Below are positions 12,763 to 22,800 of a stretch of DNA of 64,000 nt, piece by piece. The position numbers and the translations under genes are program-made. Positions within the stretch are counted from its first letter, which is position 1. Each line of letters opens with the position of its first letter. The stretch lies in the NCBI GenBank assembly GCA_013239625.1, contig MU057069.1:1484018-1548017 (forward strand), in the 5' to 3' direction. The stretch comes from Lama guanicoe (Eukaryota). The notes under the pieces are model-generated. The model was not told the origin of the DNA, made no database searches, and saw only the letters and a program-made list of their open reading frames with translations.

Positions 12763-12768
12763 ATTAAA
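12763..12768 (+). terminator. ATPAF2: Candidate ATPAF2 polyadenylation signal ATTAAA
   Basis: ATTAAA ~94 nt after the stop, with upstream TGTA (12742-12745) and a GT/T-rich tract ~20-40 nt downstream. Confidence 0.65.
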
Positions 12769-13540
12769 TGGTTCTCGCAGGTAAACGTGTGGAGCCCAGT
12801 TTTTCCTCGTCTCGCCCCTCCCATTGCATCTGGGCTTCCCAAGGCCACACAGCTGGCCTCTGGGCAGGTCCTGGCGTCCCCGGCGTGGCGGGGCCCTCCT
12901 ACCGGGGAAATGGTGGCCCTTGGCCCTGAGGCTTTTTATTTCCTGGTTTTTAATCAGTCTTTTCAAAGTGAGTCATTTTTGGTCCAAGCTGTTTGTATTT
13001 TTTTGCTGTTTCAGGAGAAAAGGATTTACTCTTGAAAACAGAAGATATTTGTTGTTCTGGGTTAAAAGCCTGAGTAAGGCCACCTGATGTGCACTCTTCC
13101 TGCTCAGGGAGCCACTTACTTGCAGGGCTCCAGGTGGCAGGCAGGCTCTCCTGGTGCCTGGACCCAGGGTGGAGCGGGAGGGGTCTGTGAGTTTCAGGCT
13201 CGCAGGCCCCCCCATCCTTCCACAGCACCCCCCTCCCCACCCCCCGACTGTGCTCAGAGGAGGTACCATCACGTCCCCACTTCACGGATGATGGATGACG
13301 CCTGGCTGTGCTCTCCAAAGGGTCTCGCATCCCTGCGGCTTCCACCTGGGTGGGCTGACTGGGGACAGGGGCTGAGTGCACGTCATTCTGCCCCCCAGCA
13401 GCCAGCGGCCTCCTGCCCTGGGTGCGGCAGGATGGCTGGGAGCCTGGCCCTGGGACATCGCTCTGAGCTGGCACCAGCTGCCCAAACGTGGACATGAATG
13501 CCGGTTACTTTTTTAAAGAAGGAGAAAGGTGACCCAGTCC

Positions 13541-13546
13541 TTTATT
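13541..13546 (-). terminator. DRC3: Candidate DRC3 proximal polyadenylation signal AATAAA
   Basis: TTTATT on + (AATAAA on -), ~55 nt beyond the DRC3 TAG. Confidence 0.65.
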
Positions 13547-13600
13547 TCTCTGTGCATCTGCACGTCCCCTCTTGTGGGGAAGGCTGGCATGGCCGCAGCA

Positions 13601-13714
13601 CTAGTCCAGGATGTCACCGCACTCCAGGCTGTCCAGCTCACCCTGCACGTGGTCCACGTACTGGTTAATCTCCTTCACGCGCCTGCGATTCCTTGTCATC
13701 TCGTCCTTGTGAAT
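13601..13714 (-). CDS. DRC3: DRC3/LRRC48 (nexin-dynein regulatory complex subunit 3) coding exon 12 (terminal, includes TAG)
   Basis: Encodes IHKDEMTRNRRRVKEINQYVDHVQGELDSLECGDILD*, matching the human C-terminus ...LECGDILD; acceptor ctcag|. Confidence 0.95.
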   Translation of the reverse strand: MHKDEMTRNRRRVKEINQYVDHVQGELDSLECGDILD

Positions 13715-13903
13715 CTGAGGGGAGAGACCACGGCCCGGCACCCATCAGGCAGAGGACTCAAGAACCTCTTACTGAGTCCGTCTAGGGAGAAGCAGTTCCT
13801 GAAATGGCCCTGTCCGTCTGTCCGTCCCTCTCTCCCAGCCTCCGGGCTGGTGTCAGCAGCCGTGCCCTCCCCTCCGTCCTGCTGAGGCAGTGCGCTCGCT
13901 CAC

Positions 13904-14035
13904 CTTGTCCACCAGGTGTGTGCACCAAGAGTTGACCCGGGTCACCAGCTCGTCCTCCCGGTTGTCGATCTTCAGCAGGTGCGTGTCGTGGGATGTCCCG
14001 ACCGCATTAACAGTCGTGTCTTTGTCGACAAAGAG
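13904..14035 (-). CDS. DRC3: DRC3 coding exon 11
   Basis: Encodes LFVDKDTTVNAVGTSHDTHLLKIDNREDELVTRVNSWCTHLVDK; cccag| ... AAG|GTGAG; 132 nt. Confidence 0.95.
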
Positions 14036-15832
14036 CTGGGAGTGGGAAGGAGCCCGTGAGGACTAGGGCCCTGCCCTGAGCACAGAGGCAGGCCCTGAAC
14101 CAGTCGCTGCCTCACGGCCCACCAGCTTGTCTTTGGGACCACACACCCCAGCGTGGCAGAGGCCAGCGGCCACTGGGCAGTCCTTGAGTCTGGGAGCAAG
14201 CTTTCCAGGGAGGAGGCAGATGGCTGCTCTGGGTGTCCTGACCGTGGTTGTCAGGTCCGACCTACCTGAGATCTGCCCGTCGGGTGGGAAGCCTGGGGCT
14301 CGGGCTGCTCTGGGGACAGAAGGCTCCACAAACCGATGGGACCCTCCACTGCCCCTCATGTGGACCTAGGGGGACCTGGGGCTCCCCATGGGCTCCTGCT
14401 TCTTGTTTGCACCTGGTTCCCTGCTGTGTACAGTGATGTGGGAGGCAACCCCCACCAGGTTCCAGGTGTTCACGCCTGAGTCAGGTGTCACCAAGGACCT
14501 GAGGGTGTTGTAGAGAGGGTGTGGGTGGGTTTGTCTGTCCTCGGGAGTGGTTACCTAATCGTCTCCAAAGTATGGCCTGTGGAATCTTGAGATGTTAGTA
14601 TCTCTGCAAAAAGTATTCTTCAGTCAAGTGCATTTGGGGGAAACTGCAAGTGAGGGCTGTTCAGAGCGGTGTCGTCAGCGTGACTTGTTACGACCTGCTC
14701 TTCGATAAAAGAAGCAGAAACCAGGGGCCCTAGTCCCTCATCTGAACACCTCTGTCCTGCTCTAGGCTGCCATGTTCAAGCTCCACCACTGAGACGCTCG
14801 CTGGGTGTCAGTGGGCTGGTGACTCTCATCTCTGTGCCTCGGTTTCCTCTTCTGTGAAAGGGAACCACAGTGGCACCTGTCTTACTGTGTTGATGTGAAC
14901 AGTCTTATGAGCAAATCAACATAAACACGACAACCTGCACTGTGATGGGGAGACGGTGGGCGTTCCGGAAGGTGATGAGGGAAGGCTCCCCAAGGAGCTG
15001 ACGTTTGAGCTGAGCTCTGATGATGAGGAGCTAGGCCTGGGGGAAGGGCGTGTCTGCCCCCAGAACAGCGCTGAGAGGAGCAAACAAGGGTGGTGGGCAC
15101 CAGTGTCTGGGACCATGGTGACGAATTACTCCAGGAGCCCTGGGAAGCCACCAGGGCGTGTTGTGCAAAGCTTGGGATGCAGTTTGGGCTTTCAAAGTGT
15201 CTGACCTCGTGGAGGAGGGCAGGAAGGCCGGTGGGCCCGCAAAGGGTGCTGGGAGCTTGACTTGGTGGGACGTGGAGGTGGAGGGAGGTGAGAACGGGGT
15301 AGTGCATGGTGAAGGAAGGAGAGCAGGCACCCTTCCCAGAGACACAGCACACCTGCTGCTGGCCCCCAGCGTGGGAGACCCCGAGCCCCGCGAGCGAGCG
15401 AGCAAGCGAGCAGACGTGGGCGGAGCTGACCGCGACCACAGCCATTCATCACTAGGGGAGTGGTCAGAGACCCCAGCAGTGCTGCTCGCCAGACTCGGGG
15501 GCTGAGACAGCCTTCAGGGGAAGCCTCAGGCCTTAACCTCTATTTGTAGTGGTCTCTCTTAGGAAGTGCCGGAAGCCCCACAGAAGTGAGCGTTTGGAAG
15601 CCAGCCTGTGGGTAAGTTGAAAGCATTCGGTTATCACAGCTCCCTAGCTGGGCCCCCTAGTGCCCACAGGTGCCTCATTTGTTAGCTTCCTTCACCCGCC
15701 GACCGCCGTGCATAGGGGGTTACATCCTTCGCAGATGAGGAAACCGAGGCTGGAGGGGGATGCGGCGCCCCGCCCGCCCCGCCACGGCCACGCCCACCAG
15801 GGTACAACCCCGCCCACGCCAGTCGCGCTCAC

Positions 15833-15956
15833 CGGGCGCACGTCTTCCGGCAGGTCCTCGTCCAGCTCGCCCTTGACTATCTTCTCCAAGATGTTGATGG
15901 CGATCTCCAGGAGCTTCTCGTGGTGGTGGTTCTCTAGGTCCCGGCACTGAGCCATC
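15833..15956 (-). CDS. DRC3: DRC3 coding exon 10
   Basis: Encodes (L)MAQCRDLENHHHEKLLEIAINILEKIVKGELDEDLPEDVRP; preceded by an AC acceptor (U12); donor CCG|GTGAG; 124 nt. Confidence 0.94.
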
Positions 15957-17066
15957 GTGCAGCGTGAGTTAAGCCATGACTAGGGTCGAGAAGGCTGGGC
16001 TTCCCTCCCCTGCGCTGGGCGGAGCCCGAGGGCCCCGGGCATCCTCCTCTTCACCGCCACACCTGCCTCACACCCCTCGGGGTCCCTCCTCGCCGCAGCA
16101 TCTCCCCTCCAGCCCTTTCTGAGGGCTCCCCACCCTCTGTTGTGACCCAAAGACCCCCTCTTAAAACCACCTCTCCCCATTCTCTGGGCCTGGATGTCCT
16201 CCCACGTTCCCAGCTGGTCCCTCTGGCCCACCCCCAGGTCCTCACCTAGTGGACCTTCCTCAGGTAGCTGCCTCCATACCTCTGTGTCCCTGTGGGACTC
16301 TGGGCCCAGGAGGGCAGGACTGGGGTGACTTCTGGGGTGAACTTTAGGGCCCTGACTTCCCCCGTGGCAGAAGGTTGGTCACACCCCAAATGTTGGCCTC
16401 TAACCTGACCATCGACCTCATTTATAAGTGATTTGTCAGTGTCTTCAGCACCAAGGCCGGCCCTCCCCCAGGGCATGTGCACCTGCAGCACAGGGGCCGG
16501 GGGGGGATTCTGGGGTCTGGTCTTCTGGTGAGGTCAGGCATTTGGGAACAAACATGCCAGGACTTCTGCTGCGAGCAGTGGCCCACAGAGCCACCCAGTC
16601 CACTCTAAGCAGGCGCTGTTGTGCTGAGGGTCAGGAAGCGATCCTTGAACTTTCCAACTGGTTGTCAAACCTCCATCCTCTAAAGGTGGGCTATTTCCTT
16701 GGTGAAAACCTGGAGGTTTCTTCTTCAAAAGTGGAGATTCCCGCTGAAGAGGATCCTGCTAATCTCCTCTTGGTACAGATATAGATCTTCCGTAAATCAA
16801 ACAGGGCACAGGCACTTCTGGTAAACAGCGAGGTCTGGTGATGAAACGCTGATTTGTTGCTGTCTCTGCCAGCATGTCTGGGGCACTGGCAGGCTCGTCA
16901 CCCCACTGTGGCCACCAGGAAGGTGCATCCAGAGATCCCCTCTGGGCCTTTTGTTACACGTGCAGGTGCCTCCCCCAGCCTACTGGCGGCCGGGGACACT
17001 GGCCGGGCCAGGAGAGCCCCCTGGGCCCACAGCACCTCCCCAGGAGGGTCACCGAGGAAAGGATAT
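15957..17066 (-). other. DRC3: U12-type (minor spliceosome) AT-AC intron of DRC3, between coding exons 9 and 10
   Basis: On the minus strand the 5' end is |ATATCCTTT and the 3' end is GGCTTAACTCACGCTGCAC|. Joining gives CT+G=Leu and restores ...VQSL-MAQCR as in the human protein. Confidence 0.92.
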
Positions 17067-17137
17067 AGGCTTTGGACATTTTCAATAAAGAGTTCCACCA
17101 GATCGACAATGTTCCTTTCAAACATATTTATAGTCTC
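17067..17137 (-). CDS. DRC3: DRC3 coding exon 9
   Basis: Encodes ETINMFERNIVDLVELFIENVQS(L); acceptor tttccag|; ends at a U12 donor; 71 nt. Confidence 0.94.
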
Positions 17138-18747
17138 CTGGAAACAATGAAGAACACAGCTGTCATGTATATTCAGACACGAACTCCACTGACCTAGCGC
17201 CAAAGCAGAAGCTGCTCCTTACAACTTAGCAGGCACCTCCTCTGACTGCAGACCTTAAGGGTAAAGACACCCCCCGACCATCCCAGGTGCACGCTGTGTC
17301 CTGACCGCTCTCCACAGCCGTTACTCTCCAGCCATTGTGCCTCGCTCACCACCCTGGAGGTTTAGTGCAGTGCCTTCTCCAGGCCTTTGCACGCACTGCT
17401 GTCTCTGCAGGAACACCTGTCTTGGTCGTCCCCACAAAACACGCACACAGAGCTTCCCCTTCCTCTGGGCTTCTCAGTGGCATCTGCCTCCCTCACCTCC
17501 AGAGAAACAGGAGGGAGTTGCTAAGAGCCAGGCTGCCTGCCAGCTCCACCACTGTGTGAACTCTGGGAATGTTGGCTAACTTCCTGGGGCCTTGATGTCT
17601 TCATCTATAAAATGGGTTTCCTTTGCACAGTTCATGTCTCAGGAGGTTGCAGTGAAGCATAAATGGGGATCTTCACCCAAAATGCTTGGCAAGGTGCCTG
17701 GTGGAGAGGAAACTCTTGGTAATGCTGGCTGTTCCCCTAGACCGCAGGTGTGGCTGCTGGCAGGGCTCCCGCCTCCCTCCTCAAGGGCACCCCTGCACTG
17801 CATCCCAGCGCTCAGCCGGGCTCCCCCACGCCATGGTGGTGGCTGCCACCTGGTGAGCCCGCAGGATGGTCAGGCTCTGACCCACCATAGACTACAGGGC
17901 TCAGACCGTCCATGAGTCAGGGCCATCTGCAGACGAGCCAGTCTTACATTTTTCTCAACACTCTTGTAATGAATAAATATAGGATCGCTAAAAATAATGT
18001 AGTAGCTTTTTGGCTGCTAGTAATACAAGTATGGCGGCTGGCTATGCATCCTGGGGAATTTCGATGTTGAAAAGGAGCTCTCCCTGCTCGACCGGGAGCC
18101 GCTGCTGCCTGAGCCTCCCGGTGCCCTGTGGCAGCCTTCTGCAGAGCCGGAGCCTCCCCGGCGGGGCGAGCATCTGGCCTGTGATGTGGCTGACATGTCG
18201 CTTGACACAGGAGCCACTGATGAGGCGCTGCCTCTGGGCCCAGCCGCGCAGCGTGGGGAGGGTCAGGTCATCACCACGCTGCAGACTCGAGCCACCAGCC
18301 AGGCTGGCCGCCCGGGGCTTCAGGCAGCAGTACTTCTTGTCCCCACTGCTTGACGCTCAGTCTCGGGCTCCTGTGCTCAGTGTGGGGAGCCTTGGCTTCA
18401 TCCCTGACTGGGGTCCAGAGCTGGGTCCACTGGTTTTCAAGCACCTGCACAGCACCTTGGGTCTAATTAAAAAAAGCCTCTTCCAGCTGAGGGTCTGGGC
18501 TCTTCCCCAATGGGGAGAACATTCCAGAGGCATGAGCTCACCTCTCCTGCTGCACAAGGACCACTTGTGATCTCAGTGACTGGAAAGCATTGGAAGCAAA
18601 CCCCAGACTGATGAGCAGGGACGCTTTAGCCCGGCCCGGGAGCCACACGACGTTTCCAGCAGGGGAGCGCCCGGGAAGGCCGCAGCTGGTGCGCGGGTTC
18701 CTGCAAATGAGCCTCCACATCGCACCGGTGCCCGGGGACCCGCTTAC

Positions 18748-18879
18748 CTCCAGCTGCTCCACCAGCTGCATCTCCAGCGTCATGAGCGCGTTGGAGAGCT
18801 CAGCGATGTCCTCTCTCTGCTCTGCTATCTTTGTCTCGATGTTGGTCAGCTCGGACTCGCCACGGATGGCACTTAAATT
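18748..18879 (-). CDS. DRC3: DRC3 coding exon 8
   Basis: Encodes NLSAIRGESELTNIETKIAEQREDIAELSNALMTLEMQLVEQLE; ccccag| ... GAG|GTAAG; 132 nt. Confidence 0.94.
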
Positions 18880-19668
18880 CTGGGGACAAAAGCTGTGCTT
18901 TAGGAATCCACAGCTAAGAGTAACTGTAATTACTGTAGTGACAGGTGGCAATGTGGTTTTGTGGGTAAGAACTTGGATGCTGGAGTCGGGCTGCCCAAGT
19001 TCCAGTGTCAGCTCTGCCCACTCCACGCCTGTAGGCCATCGGAGCAGATGCACTGCTCGCTGGTGCATCAGCACAATGTCTTACTGGGCCTGGAGAGGAG
19101 TGATGGCTTCAGAGTCAGCGGGACCTGAACTGGGGTCTGTCTGAGTCACTGTGTGACCTTGAGTGAGCCTCTTCCATTCTCTAAACTCCTGTTTTCTCAG
19201 GTGCAGGGGCAGAGAGCCTGCCTGGGCTTCACAAAGCCTGGGATTAGGTGGTGTCTGTGAGGTCCGGCCTCACAGTGGGACTGGCAACTCGGGAGGCTCT
19301 GATTGGAGGCCCGGAGCAGACACACGGGGGAGAGGCCCACACAGCACCCCGGGGGGTGAGCAGATGCAGGTCCCTCTGGGATGAGTGGGTGCCCATGGGC
19401 TGGAAAGCACGTGGGTCCGAGCCCGGCCCCCAGGACCAGCCACTCACTAACGAGGGGCCTGGGGACTTGGCCACCAGACACAGTGTCAACAGAGTGACCC
19501 AGCATGGCTGGGTGGTACCGGCGGGAGCCCAAGCTTGGCTCTGCGCTGAGTGCGTGACCTCTGTAAATGGGGACTGTGCCCCTGGGTCTCGGGTCCCCAA
19601 GGTGCAGGGGCCAGGCCGATGGCAGGTGGGTGTCTGTGGCAGGCGGCAGGGGGTGGGGGGGAGCCTAC

Positions 19669-19843
19669 CAGCAAGTGCTTCTCCTCGAACTCGGCAGTCC
19701 TGTGTCTGCCCTGTGCCTGGTTCTCCTGGACGGCCTCTTGGACACGCTCGTTGAAGGTGTCGAGCTCCACTTTCCGCTTCTCCTGCTGCTTCAGGCCGTA
19801 CTCGAAGATGTTCAGGCAGATGATGACGAACTTGTCCTTGTAG
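19669..19843 (-). CDS. DRC3: DRC3 coding exon 7
   Basis: Encodes (T)YKDKFVIICLNIFEYGLKQQEKRKVELDTFNERVQEAVQENQAQGRHRTAEFEEKHLL; AC acceptor; donor CTG|GTAGG; 175 nt. Confidence 0.95.
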
Positions 19844-20627
19844 GTGAGTGGCTGTCAAGGAAGCTCGCAGCTGCTGGGGGCGGGAGACGGGTAGGCTGGT
19901 GGGGGTGCAGACGAGGGTGGAGGTAGCTCCTGGGTTGGGATTTGGAGAATAATGCGGTGGGGCAACCTCAGGCTGAGGGGTTCAGGACCCGGAGCTGCCT
20001 TGAGGGAGGAGGCGACGGAGCAGAGGAGAGACTCGGAGGGACCGGGAGGGGCCGGAAGGGGCCGGAAGCTGGGCAGTGTTTTGTCTCTGGGGCACCTCTG
20101 TCCAAGTGAGCCAGCTGCGGGTGACAGCCAGGCCAGGAGGGCAGCCCCCCCCCCCGGTCTCTCAGGAGCAGTGGTGCTTAGGAGCAGGTTTCTCTCCCCG
20201 GCTACTGTGACTTGCTGTCCATCCTGAGTCTGTCCTGGTCCCTCAGCCTGCAGTGTAGCTGCACCAGTGGCAGGTGCTGGTGGCGTCCTCTGGGAGAGAG
20301 GACCAGGCTCTCAGCCCACAGCTCCGAACTGTGGGGCCCTGACAAGCCACCCTCTCCAAGCTGAGTGTCCCCAGCTATAAGACAGGATCCGTCTAGCGGC
20401 GGGTTGAGGAAATTATAAATCCTGGATGCCAAGCGTGCAGCAGGGACTGGTAAATGTGGGGAATGGGGATTACGCCACAGACACCTCAGTCAGTCTCCAG
20501 GTTGGCACCCTGGGCCCCGCCGACCAGACACTCAGCGTGTCCCCCCGGCAGCTCAGCCCATCACTGCCCCGAGGGTGGGGAACCGGGGCCCAGAGTGGAA
20601 GGGCCTCCCCGGGGCCTGGAAGGATAT
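19844..20627 (-). other. DRC3: U12-type (minor spliceosome) AT-AC intron of DRC3, between coding exons 6 and 7
   Basis: On the minus strand the 5' end is |ATATCCTTC, and the U12 branch site TTCCTTGAC lies ~10 nt before the terminal CAC|. Joining gives AC+C=Thr and restores ...MET-YKDKF. Confidence 0.94.
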
Positions 20628-20740
20628 GTCTCCATGAGCTCAGCCACGCCGGGCAGGCTCGCCAGCTTGCTGCCCTCCACGTCTTCGGCGTACATGCTGT
20701 CGAACAGGAAGGAGCCGTTCAGGTTCTCCACGAAGGCAGC
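20628..20740 (-). CDS. DRC3: DRC3 coding exon 6
   Basis: Encodes AAFVENLNGSFLFDSMYAEDVEGSKLASLPGVAELME(T); acceptor ctgcag|; ends at a U12 donor; 113 nt. Confidence 0.95.
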
Positions 20741-21148
20741 CTGCAGCAGAGACACGGGGGCTCCCTGGGCGGGGCCCTGTGCTGGGCACCGGGCTGTGGG
20801 CGCCTGGCCCTCAAGGAAGGCTGGGCGGGGAAGGTCCAGAGGCAGAAAACTGAAGGGGGCTGGCCCCGTCCGGCTGGAGGGAGGGCCATGGGGAGGCTGT
20901 GACAGACCGCCCAGGGGTCTTAAGGGAAGGGGGCTACTCTGATAGATTGCTGGGCGCAGTGTCTCTGCCCCGCGTGCTGGAGGAGCCCGGGGGCAGTCGG
21001 GCAGAGGGAGGCGGGGACTGGCTGGCTCCACCAGAGCCAGGTGAGGCTGGGCAGCATATTTGCAATCAAAAGACAGCATTGGCCCCGTGACCCTGGCGGG
21101 GCAGGGAAAGGTGGGGAGCGGGGTCCTCCTGCCAGCGTTCCCCCCAAC

Positions 21149-21268
21149 CTTGTGCTCCTCCAGCTCCTCCCGCCGGGCCTGCTCATCTTCCAGCCGGGCC
21201 TGCATCAGGTTCTCCTGGTGCTTCAGCTCATCTGTGCTGTACTGGTGCTTCACCTCCGCCAGCTCCTT
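21149..21268 (-). CDS. DRC3: DRC3 coding exon 5
   Basis: Encodes KELAEVKHQYSTDELKHQENLMQARLEDEQARREELEEHK; caacag| ... AAG|GTTGG; 120 nt. Confidence 0.95.
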
Positions 21269-21605
21269 CTGTTGGGGGAGCAGGAAGAGCATCATTCTCA
21301 GGGGACATGGGGTCCCTCCCAGCCTCGCTGGCCTCGGCCGTGCTGGGCCTTTCCAGCCGCGGGTGGGGGGCGGTGTGCATGGTGCTCAGATTCTGAGTCT
21401 AGGGTAACTAGCGAAGGACTGGGGAGAGGGGAAGCAACACAGGCGGGCGGGGGATCCTGCAGGAATCGCCCGACAGACGCAGGTCGAGCAGGGGCCGCCC
21501 TTGCTCTCTCCCGTGAACGCAGCGCCCTGATCTCTCCCCCTTTGCCTGACACCCGGGGCCTGAAGACTGAGCCACGTAGCTGGGACACCAGAGGGAGACA
21601 CTTGC
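21269..21605 (-). other. DRC3: GC-AG intron of DRC3, between coding exons 4 and 5
   Basis: Homology ends at ...IDDHT, followed by ACG|GCAAGT (GC donor with an otherwise consensus +3..+6 AAGT); phase 0 matches the next exon. Confidence 0.88.
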
Positions 21606-21752
21606 CGTGTGGTCGTCGATGCGCCGGAAGTCCAGGTACACAAGGTCGGGAAGGTAGGCACAAATGAACATCCTGTAATCCTCCGCTGCGGCGATGGGGT
21701 TCCCTGCGAGGCTCAGCGTCCGCAGGTCCTTGAACCGCCGCAGGTAGATGAT
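21606..21752 (-). CDS. DRC3: DRC3 coding exon 4 (end of LRR region / LRR cap)
   Basis: Encodes IIYLRRFKDLRTLSLAGNPIAAAEDYRMFICAYLPDLVYLDFRRIDDHT; acceptor ctgcag|; 147 nt. Confidence 0.95.
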
Positions 21753-22289
21753 CTGCAGGAGGAGGGGAGAGACACCGCCCGCCTCCTCCAGCCTCCGCCA
21801 GTGCTGGGTGCATGGATGGGGGAGGGGGGCTGGGGCCCCGGGCTGGATGGCAGGACCGAGGCCTTCGGTCAGCAGGCCTGGGCTCACATCCTCACTGTGG
21901 GCCCCAGGCCAGCCACCTCCCAGCCGGGAGCCTCAACTTCCCTACCTGTAGAACGAGGGCGAGGGCACTGTGTGTGCAGGGACCATCACTGAGAAGAGGC
22001 CCCCAGCCCCTCCGCAGACGGCCAGGCTGTGCTCACCACCACCACTCTCACAGGGGAGGCCTCTTCCAGCTGCAAAGTGCTGTGAGGCCCGAAGCTCTTA
22101 GTTACATGGAACCTGATCTCAGTTAGCCTGGACCAGCTGGTGGGAGGTCCACCAGCCGCTGTTTATTCTCCCTTTGCTCTGTTCTTAGCAAAACGGGGCA
22201 GGCCAATAAGACTGCTAGAGTTTCATTTGACAGCGTCTCCTGTGCTACGTGAAAGAGGAGAGAAGAAACCTCATGAGCTGTTCTGGACA

Positions 22290-22800
22290 ATTTCTTTGTC
22301 ATTTGTTTATTCGTTCAACAAGCATCGTTAGGCACCTGCCAGGCCTCAGACACGTGCTGGACTTTGGGGAAACGAGAGGAAACAAAGCCTTTAGAGCAAG
22401 AGCTTACGTTCTAAAGGCAGGGAGCCAGACTGTTTGAAAAAGTAAGTAAAATCATTACTGTTCAGCCTAAGTGCTACAGGAACTCAAAGAGGGGGCACGA
22501 CAGACAATGACGGGAAGTTTTCGGGTAGGGCTCGGGTCTCTGAGGCCTGAGGGAGCAGCCAAGGAACAGCAGGGGTGAGTGCATTCCCAGAAGCAAAAAT
22601 AGCACAAGCAAAGGCCCTGAGGCAGGAAAGAGCCCAGCAAGGCCAGAGAGGCTGCAGCTGGTTGGGGAAGGGTGGGGGAAAACATGACCTAACACCTCAG
22701 AGGCTGCTGCCAAGAGTTTGAGTCTTGTCCGAAGGACTGGAAGTCACTGGGGTTCTCAGTGTACATCGAGTGGGGGTGTCGGGATCTGATTTAACTTTTA
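22290..22800 (-). mobile_element. L2 LINE fragment
   Basis: Starts with tcatttgtttattcgttcaacaagcat, followed by L2-like aaaggccctgaggcagga / gaagtcactggggttct segments. Confidence 0.5.

Noticed and set aside
16838-16852. Box C/D snoRNA-like GTGATGA...CTGA in the DRC3 intron
   Set aside because: The boxes are only a few nt apart, antisense to the host gene, and lack a terminal stem.
18024-18353. Open + strand frame (YKYGGWLCILGNFDVEKELSLLDREPLL...) inside DRC3 intron 8
   Set aside because: No 5' ATG, clear splice sites or homology; length is compatible with chance in GC-rich DNA.
19841-19849. Perfect + strand donor AG|GTGAGT suggesting an antisense exon
   Set aside because: It is just the reverse complement of the DRC3 U12 acceptor (ACTCAC|CTA); no independent evidence for a + strand transcript.
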